A DNA stretch of 64,000 nucleotides from Eubacteriales bacterium (GTDB taxonomy: Bacteria > Bacillota > Clostridia > Oscillospirales > CAG-272): the NCBI GenBank assembly GCA_045646925.1, contig JAZRLQ010000012.1, forward strand, positions 1,110 to 65,109, read 5' to 3'. Every line of letters begins with the position of its first letter. The stretch's first letter is position 1. Positions 10,121 to 19,736 of the stretch are shown here, one piece after another. A program made the translations under genes and the position numbers. Under the pieces are notes generated by a model that was given only the letters and a program-made list of their open reading frames with translations, did no database searches and was not told the DNA's origin.

Positions 10121-10513
10121 ATGAAAATCCTGGAATCCGCAGAAAACTATCTGGAAACTATTTTGGTCCTGCAAAAACGAAACGGTACGGTTCGCTCCAT
10201 CGATATCGCCAGCGAGCTTGAATATACAAAACCCAGCGTCAGCATCGCCATGAAAAATCTCCGAGAAAACGGCTATATCGAAATGGATAAGCTCGGTCAT
10301 ATCACACTTCTCGACGCAGGTCTTGCGATCGCAGAATCCATGTACGAGCGCCACACGACGCTCTCCACGTTTCTCCACGCCATCGGCGTTCCCGAGCAGA
10401 TCGCAAAAGAAGACGCTTGTCGCATGGAGCATATCATCAGCGAGAAAACGTTCGAAGCAATCAAAAAGTACACCGGTCTTCTGACCGACAAGTCCGCATC
10501 TGAAAACAACTGA
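10121..10513 (+). CDS. mntR: DtxR/MntR-family metal-dependent transcriptional repressor
   Basis: MKILESAENYLETILVLQKRNGTVRSIDIASELEYTKPSVSIAMKNLRENGYI is a winged HTH, followed by a metal-binding/dimerisation helix region (ERHTTLSTFL...ACRMEHIIS). The track start at 10112 sits too close to the RBS, so I prefer 10121. Confidence 0.85.
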   Translation: MKILESAENYLETILVLQKRNGTVRSIDIASELEYTKPSVSIAMKNLRENGYIEMDKLGHITLLDAGLAIAESMYERHTTLSTFLHAIGVPEQIAKEDACRMEHIISEKTFEAIKKYTGLLTDKSASENN

Positions 10514-10609
10514 AAAAAACGGCAGAGAATGGGTGGTTCTCATAAGGAAGTTTGTACCTGTTTTGTAGGGACAGGCGTCCTCGACTGTCCAAAAAGGCAT
10601 AATTGCTCC

Positions 10610-10687
10610 GCAGAAGACAAAGATTAACCCCGACAGATTTTTGAGGTCTGTCGGGGTTATTTTGTTCTGTTCGATAAATTAGAATTT
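10610..10687. repeat. conserved 3'-flank element, copy A (L element)
   Basis: By hand alignment it is about 80% identical to 61637-61715. It contains a 12-bp-stem hairpin followed by GTTCGATAAATTAGAATTT, which runs into the stop codon of the DUF3795 gene. Confidence 0.8.
10626..10658. terminator. bidirectional intrinsic terminator inside L element copy A
   Basis: AACCCCGACAGA (10626-10637) pairs with TCTGTCGGGGTT (10647-10658). T-rich runs lie on both sides. It serves mntR on the + strand and the DUF3795 gene on the - strand. Confidence 0.75.
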
Positions 10688-10928
10688 ATAGTTTTCTCAA
10701 ATTGTCTATTCTTTCAGGATTTTCAGACGATGCCCACTCTTTCAATGTGTTACAAGGAAATTGAGAGCATTTTCCGCAATGTTCTTGATTTTTTTGTGAA
10801 TTACATTTATATAAATCACATTCGCCCCAAAACACATTGCCTTTAATCGTTTTACATCCCTTACAGTTTTGTTCCGCTTTGAATCTACATACGTCACAAT
10901 CAATTCCACAAATACTATAGTTTGCCAT
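10686..10928 (-). CDS. DUF3795-family cysteine-rich small protein
   Basis: 80 aa: MANYSICGIDCDVCRFKAEQNCKGCKTIKGNVFWGECDLYKCNSQKNQEHCGKCSQFPCNTL. The Cys pattern matches DUF3795. A strong RBS AGGAGG lies upstream. GC is about 33% in two hand-counted 60-nt lines, against about 57% in a neighbouring mntR line. Confidence 0.7.
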   Translation of the reverse strand: MANYSICGIDCDVCRFKAEQNCKGCKTIKGNVFWGECDLYKCNSQKNQEHCGKCSQFPCNTLKEWASSENPERIDNLRKL

Positions 10929-10962
10929 ATTGCTACCTCCTGATTATCGTTTGATTTATCGC

Positions 10963-11008
10963 CAGTTTCGCCTTTGTATTACAAAGGCACAGGGCAAAGC
11001 CCTTACCC
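10963..11008. repeat. conserved 5'-flank element, copy A (R element)
   Basis: 44 of 46 nt are identical to 62872-62917. It contains the perfect 19-nt palindrome GCCTTTGTATTACAAAGGC (10970-10988) and the GGGCAAAGCCC hairpin. Confidence 0.85.
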
Positions 11009-11014
11009 CTATTT

Positions 11015-11043
11015 GTTATAACACAAATCGGCTGAGAAAGCAA
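11015..11043 (-). promoter_or_regulatory. predicted promoter of the DUF3795 gene
   Basis: The minus strand reads TTGCTT (11043-11038), a 17-nt spacer, then TGtTATAAC (-10 at 11020-11015). This places the predicted +1 near 11008, the outer edge of the R element. Confidence 0.5.
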
Positions 11044-11044
11044 G

Positions 11045-11215
11045 AGTGATATTCCGACTTCGTCGGAGTGATATTATTGCTTAGCAATAGTGATATTGAA
11101 GCCTTATGGCTTCAGTGATATTTTATTCGCTTCCAAAACTTGCGAAGCAAATATCACTCGGCGTATACCGAATATCACTGCGAAGCAATATCACTCGCCG
11201 CAGGCGAATAAAACT
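11045..11215. repeat. array of the 9-mer AGTGATATT (4 direct, then 3 exact and 1 degenerate inverted copies) interleaved with short triloop hairpins
   Basis: Direct copies lie at 11045, 11067, 11089 and 11114. Exact AATATCACT copies lie at 11150, 11171 and 11187, with a degenerate AATAAAACT at 11207. Every spacer is itself a small palindrome: CCGAC-TTC-GTCGG, ATTGC-TTA-GCAAT, GAAGCC-TTAT-GGCTTC, TTGC-GAA-GCAA, CGG-CGTATA-CCG, GC-GAA-GC and CGCC-GCA-GGCG. Confidence 0.9.
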
Positions 11216-11242
11216 GCCCAACTTCCTTATGAGAAGTTGGGC
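11216..11242 (-). terminator. intrinsic terminator after the threonine-aldolase-family gene
   Basis: GCCCAACTTC (11216-11225) pairs with GAAGTTGGGC (11233-11242). On the minus strand AGTTTTATTCG follows. Confidence 0.6.
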
Positions 11243-11288
11243 AAACGCTTTCGTTTTCTCTGCCGTTTTGTATTTATGTATTTTGATA

Positions 11289-12320
11289 TCAAAGCGCGCT
11301 AATCAGAAGATCGACCGCTTCCTCCGTCGTCGCCCAGCTCGTGGTAACGCGGATCAAATGCTTTTCTTCGGTCACAGGACCCCAATCATCAACGATAACT
11401 TTACTATTGATCCTCTCCAATTCCTCCTTCGTAACGAGGAAGAACTGCTGATTGGAATAACAATCCTCGTAGAGCTCGTAGCCTTTTTCGACAAACGCAC
11501 GCTTGATCTTCAAAGCGAGCGCATTGGCGTGCTTGCCAAGTTCCAGATACAGATCGTTTTCAAAAAGCTCGTCAAATTGTATTCCGAGCATTCTGCCCTT
11601 CGCAAGCAGTGCGCCGTGCTGCTTGATGAAAGTGGTAAAATGCTTCGCCTGCTTTTTGTTTGTAAAGACTGCCGCTTCACCGAACAAAGCGCCGATTTTC
11701 GTGCCGCCGATGCAAAAAGAATCACAGTATTTCGCGATCACAGGTAACGTCACGTCCGTTTCCTCGCAAGCAAGCGCGTAACCGAGTCTTGCGCCGTCCA
11801 GATAAAGCTGCATATCGTATTGATCGCAGATCTCGCGCAATTCCTTCAATTCCTGCTCTGTATACAGCGTTCCGTATTCGGAAGGATGGGAAATATAGAT
11901 ACCTCCGGGGCAGACCATGTGGAACCACGTCGCGTCCCCGTAGAAGTTTTCCATATATTCTCTGACCGCAGCAGGCGACAATTTTCCGTTTACCGCAGGG
12001 ATCGTAATGACCTTGCGTCCGCAATATTCGACAGCGCCCGCTTCGTGTACGCTGATATGGCCGGTATCCGCAGCAATGACACCCTCCGCTTTATCGAGGA
12101 TAAAGTCCAGCATCGTCGCGTTGGTCTGCGTACCGCCGACGAGGAAATACACCTCTCCATTGGGGCATTCACAAGCATTCTTTATTTTTTCTTTTGCGCT
12201 GGCGGTAATTTCGTCAAAACCGTACGGAATCGTCTGATCGTAATTCGTATTGATCAAGCGATTCAGAATATTCGGATGCGCACCCTCCAAATAATCGCAA
12301 TTCATTCTAATCGTAGCCAT
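11289..12320 (-). CDS. PLP-dependent threonine aldolase / beta-eliminating lyase family protein
   Basis: 343 aa. MNCDYLEGAHPNILNRL, GGTQTNATM, DGARLGYAL and the GGTKIG PLP-lysine motif are present. Confidence 0.78.
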   Translation of the reverse strand: MATIRMNCDYLEGAHPNILNRLINTNYDQTIPYGFDEITASAKEKIKNACECPNGEVYFLVGGTQTNATMLDFILDKAEGVIAADTGHISVHEAGAVEYCGRKVITIPAVNGKLSPAAVREYMENFYGDATWFHMVCPGGIYISHPSEYGTLYTEQELKELREICDQYDMQLYLDGARLGYALACEETDVTLPVIAKYCDSFCIGGTKIGALFGEAAVFTNKKQAKHFTTFIKQHGALLAKGRMLGIQFDELFENDLYLELGKHANALALKIKRAFVEKGYELYEDCYSNQQFFLVTKEELERINSKVIVDDWGPVTEEKHLIRVTTSWATTEEAVDLLISAL

Positions 12321-12423
12321 TTTTTACTCCTGCTAAATTCACATCTCTGAGTGAGCCGTCTTTTTTCACAAAAAACATTATACAACATATCCGTTGCATT
12401 GTCAATCATTATTATATATCTTC

Positions 12424-12456
12424 GAAAAAGAAAAAGACGGGATTTAAATCCCGTCT
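12424..12456 (-). terminator. intrinsic terminator after tRNA-Lys
   Basis: AGACGGGA pairs with TCCCGTCT (12435-12456). An A-rich run at 12424-12434 gives a U-run on the minus strand. Confidence 0.6.
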
Positions 12457-12532
12457 TGGTGATCCATCGGAGAGTCGAACTCCGGACACCATGATTAAAA
12501 GTCATGTGCTCTACCTACTGAGCTAATGGATC
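12457..12532 (-). tRNA. tRNA-Lys (anticodon UUU), CCA encoded
   Basis: The reverse complement reads GATCCATTAGCTCAGTAGGTAGAGCACATGACTTTTAATCATGGTGTCCGGAGTTCGACTCTCCGATGGATCACCA. It has a 7-bp acceptor stem, D-loop AGCTCAGTAGGTAGAGC, anticodon stem CATGA/TCATG with loop CTTTTAA, and T-arm GGAGTTCGACTCTCC. Confidence 0.95.
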
Positions 12533-12723
12533 ATTTTATTTTTTTGCCGCTCACCCTTGAGCGCTTTTATATGATATCACATCTCTTTTAAAATGTCAAT
12601 ACTTTTTTGAAAATTTTTTAAAATTTTTTTATTTTTCTTTTTATTATAGGATCATTGACAAACTGCCGCTTTCTGCATTATACTGAAAGAAAAGCATTTT
12701 CGACAGAAAAGAGATTTTTTCAT

Positions 12724-13422
12724 ATGAAAACAAAATCATTTCAATGCCTTACCGGCAATCAGTTAAAAATAATTGCTCTGATCGCTATGACCTTCGATCA
12801 CGCCGGTCTTCAACTTTTTTCGGGATACGATATCTTTCGTTATATAGGCAGACTTGCCTTCCCCATCTTCGCTTACATGATCGCCGAGGGCGCAAAATAC
12901 ACGAAAAACAGACTCCGCTATTTCGGTCAGATGTTCGGACTCGGACTGCTCTGCCAGCTCGTCTACTTCTTCGCTATGGGTTCGCTTTATCAGTGTATTC
13001 TGATCACGTTTTCCTTTTCCGTCATACTGATCTATACGCTCGATCACGCAATGAAAAAGAAAAACGTCGACGCGTGGATCCTTTTCGCGCTCGTTTTTCT
13101 CGCGACGTTCTTTTTGGTGGAATGTCTCCCCTACCTTCTGAAGGACACGGATTACAACGTCGATTACGGAATCTGGGGCGTACTCACTCCCGTCATCGTC
13201 TTCGCCGCGCCCGGAAAAGTAACGAAGCTCGCGGCAATGATCGTTCCTCTCGCCTTTCTCACCTTCGTTGGCGTCCACTATCAATGGATAGCGTTTTTCG
13301 CTCTGATCCCTCTCGCGCTTTATAACGGAAAGCGCGGAAAATGGAAGATGAAAAATCTTTTCTACGTCTATTACCCATTGCACCTCGTCGCGATCTACGG
13401 CATAGACCTGCTGATTTCATAA
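12724..13422 (+). CDS. TraX-family membrane protein
   Basis: MKTKSFQCLTGNQLKIIALIAMTFDHAGLQLF...GRLAFPIFAYMIAEG...YYPLHL is the TraX signature. I chose the ATG at 12724 rather than the track start at 12655. Confidence 0.8.
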   Translation: MKTKSFQCLTGNQLKIIALIAMTFDHAGLQLFSGYDIFRYIGRLAFPIFAYMIAEGAKYTKNRLRYFGQMFGLGLLCQLVYFFAMGSLYQCILITFSFSVILIYTLDHAMKKKNVDAWILFALVFLATFFLVECLPYLLKDTDYNVDYGIWGVLTPVIVFAAPGKVTKLAAMIVPLAFLTFVGVHYQWIAFFALIPLALYNGKRGKWKMKNLFYVYYPLHLVAIYGIDLLIS

Positions 13423-13465
13423 AAGCGGTCTCCAACGAAAACCTCTCTCGTCATATTTAAAAGAA

Positions 13466-13495
13466 ATAACCGCAGAATTTTCTGCGGTTATTTTT
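13466..13495. terminator. bidirectional terminator between the traX-like gene and the convergent membrane-protein gene
   Basis: ATAACCGCAG (13466-13475) pairs with CTGCGGTTAT (13482-13491), with A and T runs on both sides. Confidence 0.7.
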
Positions 13496-13499
13496 CATA

Positions 13500-13946
13500 T
13501 CAGTCAAGATTTGTGGGCGTATAGAGATTTGCGTAGCTCTTCTGTTCATTTTCTTTCTTCGTTGTTGCAGAATGATAGACACAACGGATCACAGCGAGAA
13601 TAATATAAAGAACAGCGAACAACAGAACGCCGAACACTGCGGTCTTTCCTCTTTCGATCAAATCGGAAGCACCGACGAACGCGATCGCAAAGGAAGAAAC
13701 ACTCAAAATACCGTGAATAAATACGTTCGCCACGTACGAATGGATGAGCGGGAACATGAAAAGAAAATCACAAAGAGCAACGAGCGTACCGAACAAAAGC
13801 GCCGACCAGATCAAAGGAAGATTGACCGTGGAGCTTTTCACGGAATAAGAAATGAGTCCGAACACAAGCATGGTGAACATAAAGTACGCACCTGCATGAC
13901 CGAGAAAAGATTGTAAAATCGAAATTACTTTTTTCATCGTATACAT
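13500..13946 (-). CDS. hypothetical integral membrane protein (about 4 TM)
   Basis: 148 aa. Four hydrophobic segments are followed by a polar C-terminal tail. I recognise no family motif. Confidence 0.5.
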   Translation of the reverse strand: MYTMKKVISILQSFLGHAGAYFMFTMLVFGLISYSVKSSTVNLPLIWSALLFGTLVALCDFLFMFPLIHSYVANVFIHGILSVSSFAIAFVGASDLIERGKTAVFGVLLFAVLYIILAVIRCVYHSATTKKENEQKSYANLYTPTNLD

Positions 13947-13975
13947 CCAATTTCTTTTATCAAAATGTTTTGTTA

Positions 13976-14011
13976 TGAAAAAAACGGACTTCCGTTTTCA
14001 AAAGTCCGTTT
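13976..14011 (-). terminator. intrinsic terminator after rpmA
   Basis: AAACGGACTT (13982-13991) pairs with AAGTCCGTTT (14002-14011). The minus strand continues with TTTTTTC. Confidence 0.75.
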
Positions 14012-14026
14012 CTGTCTTGTAGATCA

Positions 14027-14308
14027 TTATTCAGCAGCAATAACGCTAACACGTTTCTTGTTGTCGCCGTAACGTTCAAACTTTACAACGCCGTTTGCGA
14101 GCGCGAAAAGTGTATCGTCAGAACCAATGCCTACATTGGTACCGGGATGTACGTTAGTACCTCTCTGACGAACGATAATGTTACCTGCGAGTACGGTCTG
14201 ACCGTCGATCTTCTTAACACCAAGTCTCTGCGCGCGGCTATCACGGCCGTTCTTAGTAGAACCTACACCTTTTTTATGTGCAAAAAATTGCAAGCCAAGT
14301 CTCAACAT
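14027..14308 (-). CDS. rpmA: 50S ribosomal protein L27 with cleavable N-terminal extension
   Basis: [33 protein letters not shown]... The start was chosen at Met24 of the track ORF. The QFFAHKKG motif is the Prp cleavage context. Confidence 0.95.
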   Translation of the reverse strand: MLRLGLQFFAHKKGVGSTKNGRDSRAQRLGVKKIDGQTVLAGNIIVRQRGTNVHPGTNVGIGSDDTLFALANGVVKFERYGDNKKRVSVIAAE

Positions 14309-14345
14309 AACTGTAAAACCTCCATCTTCAGATTTTGTGTAACTG

Positions 14346-14702
14346 TTAAATCGGTTTTTCCTCTTCTTCGACGTCAATATAGTCGCCGTAATCCTCGATC
14401 ATATCCATGAGCTGATAGAAATAGCCCTGAATGAGACCGGATACTGCAAACTGCTTTTCGTCAGACGAAGCGTACTTAGGGAGTGCTTCCTTTACGGTTA
14501 CGGTGATATCGGTCGTTTCCTCATCGATCTCAAAATTTACGTCGACGCCCCAAGAGACCTCGATGGTATTGATGATGAGCATGGTCATTGCGGAAAGAGC
14601 GGAGCAGATGATATCTGTGCCAAACTCGCCGTAGCCTGCGTGACCAACTTCATGAAAGCCGTAAAAGACGCCGTTTTGTTTGTAAAAAACAACTTTCGTC
14701 AT
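14346..14702 (-). CDS. prp: ribosomal-processing cysteine protease Prp
   Basis: 118 aa. It lies between rplU and rpmA and carries [18 protein letters not shown] (His/Cys dyad). Confidence 0.9.
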   Translation of the reverse strand: MTKVVFYKQNGVFYGFHEVGHAGYGEFGTDIICSALSAMTMLIINTIEVSWGVDVNFEIDEETTDITVTVKEALPKYASSDEKQFAVSGLIQGYFYQLMDMIEDYGDYIDVEEEEKPI

Positions 14703-14707
14703 GGAAA

Positions 14708-15016
14708 TTAACCGAAGATTTTTTCGATCTGTACCTTAGTGTAAGGCTGTCTGTGACCGATCTTCTTCTTTTCGTTCTTCTTGGATTTGTACTTAAGAAC
14801 GTGGATCTTCTTGCCCTTACCATTCTTAATTACGTTTGCAGTTACATAAGCACCTTCAACGGTAGGCTTGCCTGCTACGAAAGTTTCGCCGGAAACTGCG
14901 AGAACTTCTTCAAATTTTACGGATTCGCCTTCGTTAGCGTCGAGTTTTTCTACGAAAATTACGTCGCCTTCCTGAACTTTGTACTGCTTTCCGCCTGTTA
15001 CGATGATTGCGAACAT
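14708..15016 (-). CDS. rplU: 50S ribosomal protein L21
   Basis: [25 protein letters not shown]...[13 protein letters not shown]. The start was chosen at the internal Met of the track ORF. Confidence 0.95.
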   Translation of the reverse strand: MFAIIVTGGKQYKVQEGDVIFVEKLDANEGESVKFEEVLAVSGETFVAGKPTVEGAYVTANVIKNGKGKKIHVLKYKSKKNEKKKIGHRQPYTKVQIEKIFG

Positions 15017-15106
15017 GGAAAAGCACCTCTCTTTCATATATGACTCGCTAAGCAAGGCAACAATTTTCATTGTTTTTTATGGAGCCTTTGCATTACGCGG
15101 CGATTT

Positions 15107-15136
15107 ATTATATCACATTTCACCCCCTTCTGTCAA
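15107..15136 (-). promoter_or_regulatory. sigmaA promoter of rplU-prp-rpmA, followed by a ~90-nt leader (possible L21-leader-type autoregulatory RNA)
   Basis: The minus strand reads TTGACA (15136-15131), an 18-nt spacer, then TGaTATAAT (15112-15107). The leader identity was not verified structurally. Confidence 0.6.
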
Positions 15137-15289
15137 GACCTTTTCCGTTTTTATTTCAAAATTCCCTGCGTTTTTTTGGCACTTTTTACTTTTTTGCTCA
15201 AAATGCATAAAAAACTCTTGACGGATAGCCTCTATTTTGTTATACTTATTCCGTTATTTATTTCATATGGAAAGGAGCTTATATCATCT

Positions 15290-16624
15290 ATGAAATATAT
15301 CGAAAGAGTTCTTGCCGAACTCAACAAAAAATACGAAAATCAGCCCGAATTTCTGCAGGCTGCGCGTGAGGTTCTCGATTCCATCGCTCCCGCTGTGGAA
15401 AAGAACGAGGCGCTTTATGAAAGAAACGCGATCCTCGAACGCATAGTCGAGCCCGACCGCCAGATCCAGTTCAAGATTCCGTGGGTGGACGACAACGGCA
15501 ACGCGCACGTCAACATCGGTTACCGCGTACAGTTCAACAACTCCATCGGTCCTTACAAGGGTGGTATCCGTCTGCACCCCTCCGTTAATACCAGCATTAT
15601 GAAATTCCTCGGATTTGAACAGGTATTCAAAAACTCCCTGACCGGACTTCCCATCGGCGGCGCAAAGGGCGGCTCCGACTTCGATCCCAAGGGCAAATCC
15701 GACAGAGAGGTCATGGCTTTCTGTCAGAGCTTCATGACCGAGCTTTACAAATACATCGGCGCTGACGTTGACGTACCCGCAGGTGACATCGGTACCGGCG
15801 CACGCGAGATCGGCTACTTCTACGGCCAGTTCAAGAGAATCCGCGGCGTTTACGAAGGCGTTTTCACGGGCAAGGGTCTCTCCTACGGCGGCTCTCTCGC
15901 GCGCAAGGAAGCAACCGGCTACGGTCTTCTCTATATGACTGACGAGCTGATGAAGGATCACGGCGATACCCTCGCAGGAAAGACCGTCGTTATCTCCGGC
16001 GCAGGCAACGTAGCAATCTACGCGGCTGAAAAGGCAACGCAGCTCGGCGCAAAGGTCGTTACCCTCAGCGACTCTACCGGTTGGGTATATGACAAAAACG
16101 GCATTGACCTCGCGCTCGTCAAGGATATCAAGGAAGTTCGCCGTGCGCGCATTTCCGAATACGTCAAGGTTCACACCGATGCCGTTTATACCGAAGGCAA
16201 GGGTGTCTGGAGCGTTCCCTGCGACATCGCGCTTCCCTGCGCAACGCAGAACGAATTGCTTGCTGACGATGCAAAGATGCTCGTTGCAAACGGTTGCAAG
16301 GCAGTCTGCGAAGGCGCAAATATGCCTACCACTCTCGAGGCAACCAAGATCCTCATGGACGGTGGCGTAATGTTCGTTCCCGGCAAGGCGGCAAACGCAG
16401 GCGGCGTTGCTACCTCCGCTCTCGAAATGTCCCAGAATAGCGAACGTCTCAGCTGGAGCTTCGAAGAGGTTGACGAAAAGCTTCACGGCATCATGAAGAA
16501 TATTTACAAAAACATCTCCTCCACCGCAAAGAAATACGGTGTGGAAGGTAACTACGTTGTCGGCGCCAATATCGCCGGCTTCGAAAAGGTCGTTGACGCT
16601 ATGCTCGCACACGGCGTTTGCTGA
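15290..16624 (+). CDS. gdhA: NADP-specific glutamate dehydrogenase
   Basis: 444 aa starting from MKYIERVLAELNKKYENQPEFLQA. It carries the GGAKGGSDFDPKGKSD active-site Lys motif and the GAGNVA Rossmann motif. RBS GGAAAGGAG lies upstream. Confidence 0.95.
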   Translation: MKYIERVLAELNKKYENQPEFLQAAREVLDSIAPAVEKNEALYERNAILERIVEPDRQIQFKIPWVDDNGNAHVNIGYRVQFNNSIGPYKGGIRLHPSVNTSIMKFLGFEQVFKNSLTGLPIGGAKGGSDFDPKGKSDREVMAFCQSFMTELYKYIGADVDVPAGDIGTGAREIGYFYGQFKRIRGVYEGVFTGKGLSYGGSLARKEATGYGLLYMTDELMKDHGDTLAGKTVVISGAGNVAIYAAEKATQLGAKVVTLSDSTGWVYDKNGIDLALVKDIKEVRRARISEYVKVHTDAVYTEGKGVWSVPCDIALPCATQNELLADDAKMLVANGCKAVCEGANMPTTLEATKILMDGGVMFVPGKAANAGGVATSALEMSQNSERLSWSFEEVDEKLHGIMKNIYKNISSTAKKYGVEGNYVVGANIAGFEKVVDAMLAHGVC

Positions 16625-16702
16625 TTTTCAAACATCCATCGGGGCTGATTCAAGCAAATTGGATCAGCCCTTATCATATAACAAGAAAGGACGTCAACGT
16701 TT

Positions 16703-17458
16703 ATGAAAACAACTCTCTACGTTTTCTCCGCAACGGGAAATTCTCTCTCGACCGCAAGGATCCTTTCGGAAGAACTGAACGCCTCGTGCGTACCCGTCGT
16801 CGCCGCAAAGGAACGTGCAGAAATCGCGGAATCCTCCGATTCCGTCGGATTCGTCTTCCCTGTTTATTATGGAAATTTTCCCTATCCCGTTCGTGAATTG
16901 ATCATGAAAATGCACTTCCGACCCAACACTTATATTTTTACGGTCGCCACCTACCGCGGTCATGCAGGCGACGTTGCAAAAAGAATGGATCATTTGCTGA
17001 AAACGCACGGACAATCCCTTTCTCTCTCGCTCGGAATCCCCATGCCCGGAAACAGCTTTATCAACAAGCCCGAAACGGATCAGGCATACTTGTCTATGCA
17101 AAGGGAAAATATCAAAAAGATCCTCCCGCCAATTCTTGCAAAGGAAACGCGCTCCTATGCTTCCAACGAAGCGCTCAAGGAAACGCCGATCGACACGGCA
17201 AATAATTTCAGAGGCATCACAACGGAAGACACTTGCATCGGTTGTGGCAGATGTGCCCGCGTTTGTCCTATGAATAATATTTCGATCGAAAACGGAAAAG
17301 CCGTCATCGGAGATAACTGCGCCACTTGTCTTGCTTGTTTCCATTGGTGTCCCGTCGAAGCAATTTATATGAGCAAACAGGAAAATATCGCAAGAAGAAG
17401 CAAATACCACCATCCAGATATCACGTTTGACGACATCGTAAATATGAAACACTCATAA
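16703..17458 (+). CDS. EFR1-family ferredoxin (flavodoxin-like domain plus 2x[4Fe-4S])
   Basis: The N-terminus LYVFSATGNS is flavodoxin-like. CIGCGRCARVCP and CATCLACFHWCP are ferredoxin motifs. Confidence 0.75.
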   Translation: MKTTLYVFSATGNSLSTARILSEELNASCVPVVAAKERAEIAESSDSVGFVFPVYYGNFPYPVRELIMKMHFRPNTYIFTVATYRGHAGDVAKRMDHLLKTHGQSLSLSLGIPMPGNSFINKPETDQAYLSMQRENIKKILPPILAKETRSYASNEALKETPIDTANNFRGITTEDTCIGCGRCARVCPMNNISIENGKAVIGDNCATCLACFHWCPVEAIYMSKQENIARRSKYHHPDITFDDIVNMKHS

Positions 17459-17500
17459 AAAATTCGGCTCAATCGCAAACCATAGCGATTGACCCGAAGC

Positions 17501-17524
17501 TTTTTATTGATTACTTTTTATTGA

Positions 17525-17533
<9 letters not shown>
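17501..17533. repeat. 14-bp tandem duplication (about 2.4 copies) spanning the ftsH stop codon
   Basis: TTTTTATTGATTAC occurs at 17501-17514 and 17515-17528, followed by a partial TTTTT. Confidence 0.85.
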
Positions 17534-19606
<2,073 letters not shown>

Positions 19607-19736
19607 GTCTTCTTGATTCCTCCAAAGGTAATTTTTACAGTATGATCTACTTGCTGATATAGTATATCATATTTTCGTGTCAATGTTGTAGAAAAAATGT
19701 GAACATTTTTTGTAATTTCAGAAAATTCTCGCGAAT

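Noticed and set aside
10046-10600. A 184-aa minus-strand ORF.
   Set aside because: It is antisense to the well-supported DtxR/MntR repressor gene. It starts inside a GGACAG...CTGTCC hairpin at 10569-10590 and has no RBS.
11045-11215. Interpretation of the AGTGATATT array as a CRISPR array.
   Set aside because: The repeats are only 9 nt and the spacers only 7-28 nt, and each spacer is itself palindromic. Half of the repeats are inverted, and there are no cas genes in the window.
11090-11747. ORFs 11090..11302 (70 aa) and 11106..11747 (213 aa) running through the repeat array.
   Set aside because: Their N-terminal parts merely translate the 9-mer and hairpin repeats. The remainder is antisense to the threonine-aldolase-family gene. 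Neither has an RBS.
12302-12505. A 67-aa ORF overlapping tRNA-Lys.
   Set aside because: It overlaps a perfect tRNA and its terminator, so it is not coding.
10600-12532. A genomic island integrated at the 3' end of tRNA-Lys, covering the DUF3795 module, the repeat array and the aldolase gene.
   Set aside because: There is no integrase gene, and I could not find a second copy of the tRNA 3' end (TGGTGATCCATCGGAGAGTCGAACTCC) as a direct repeat anywhere in the window. The low-GC segment is confined to about 10640-11260.
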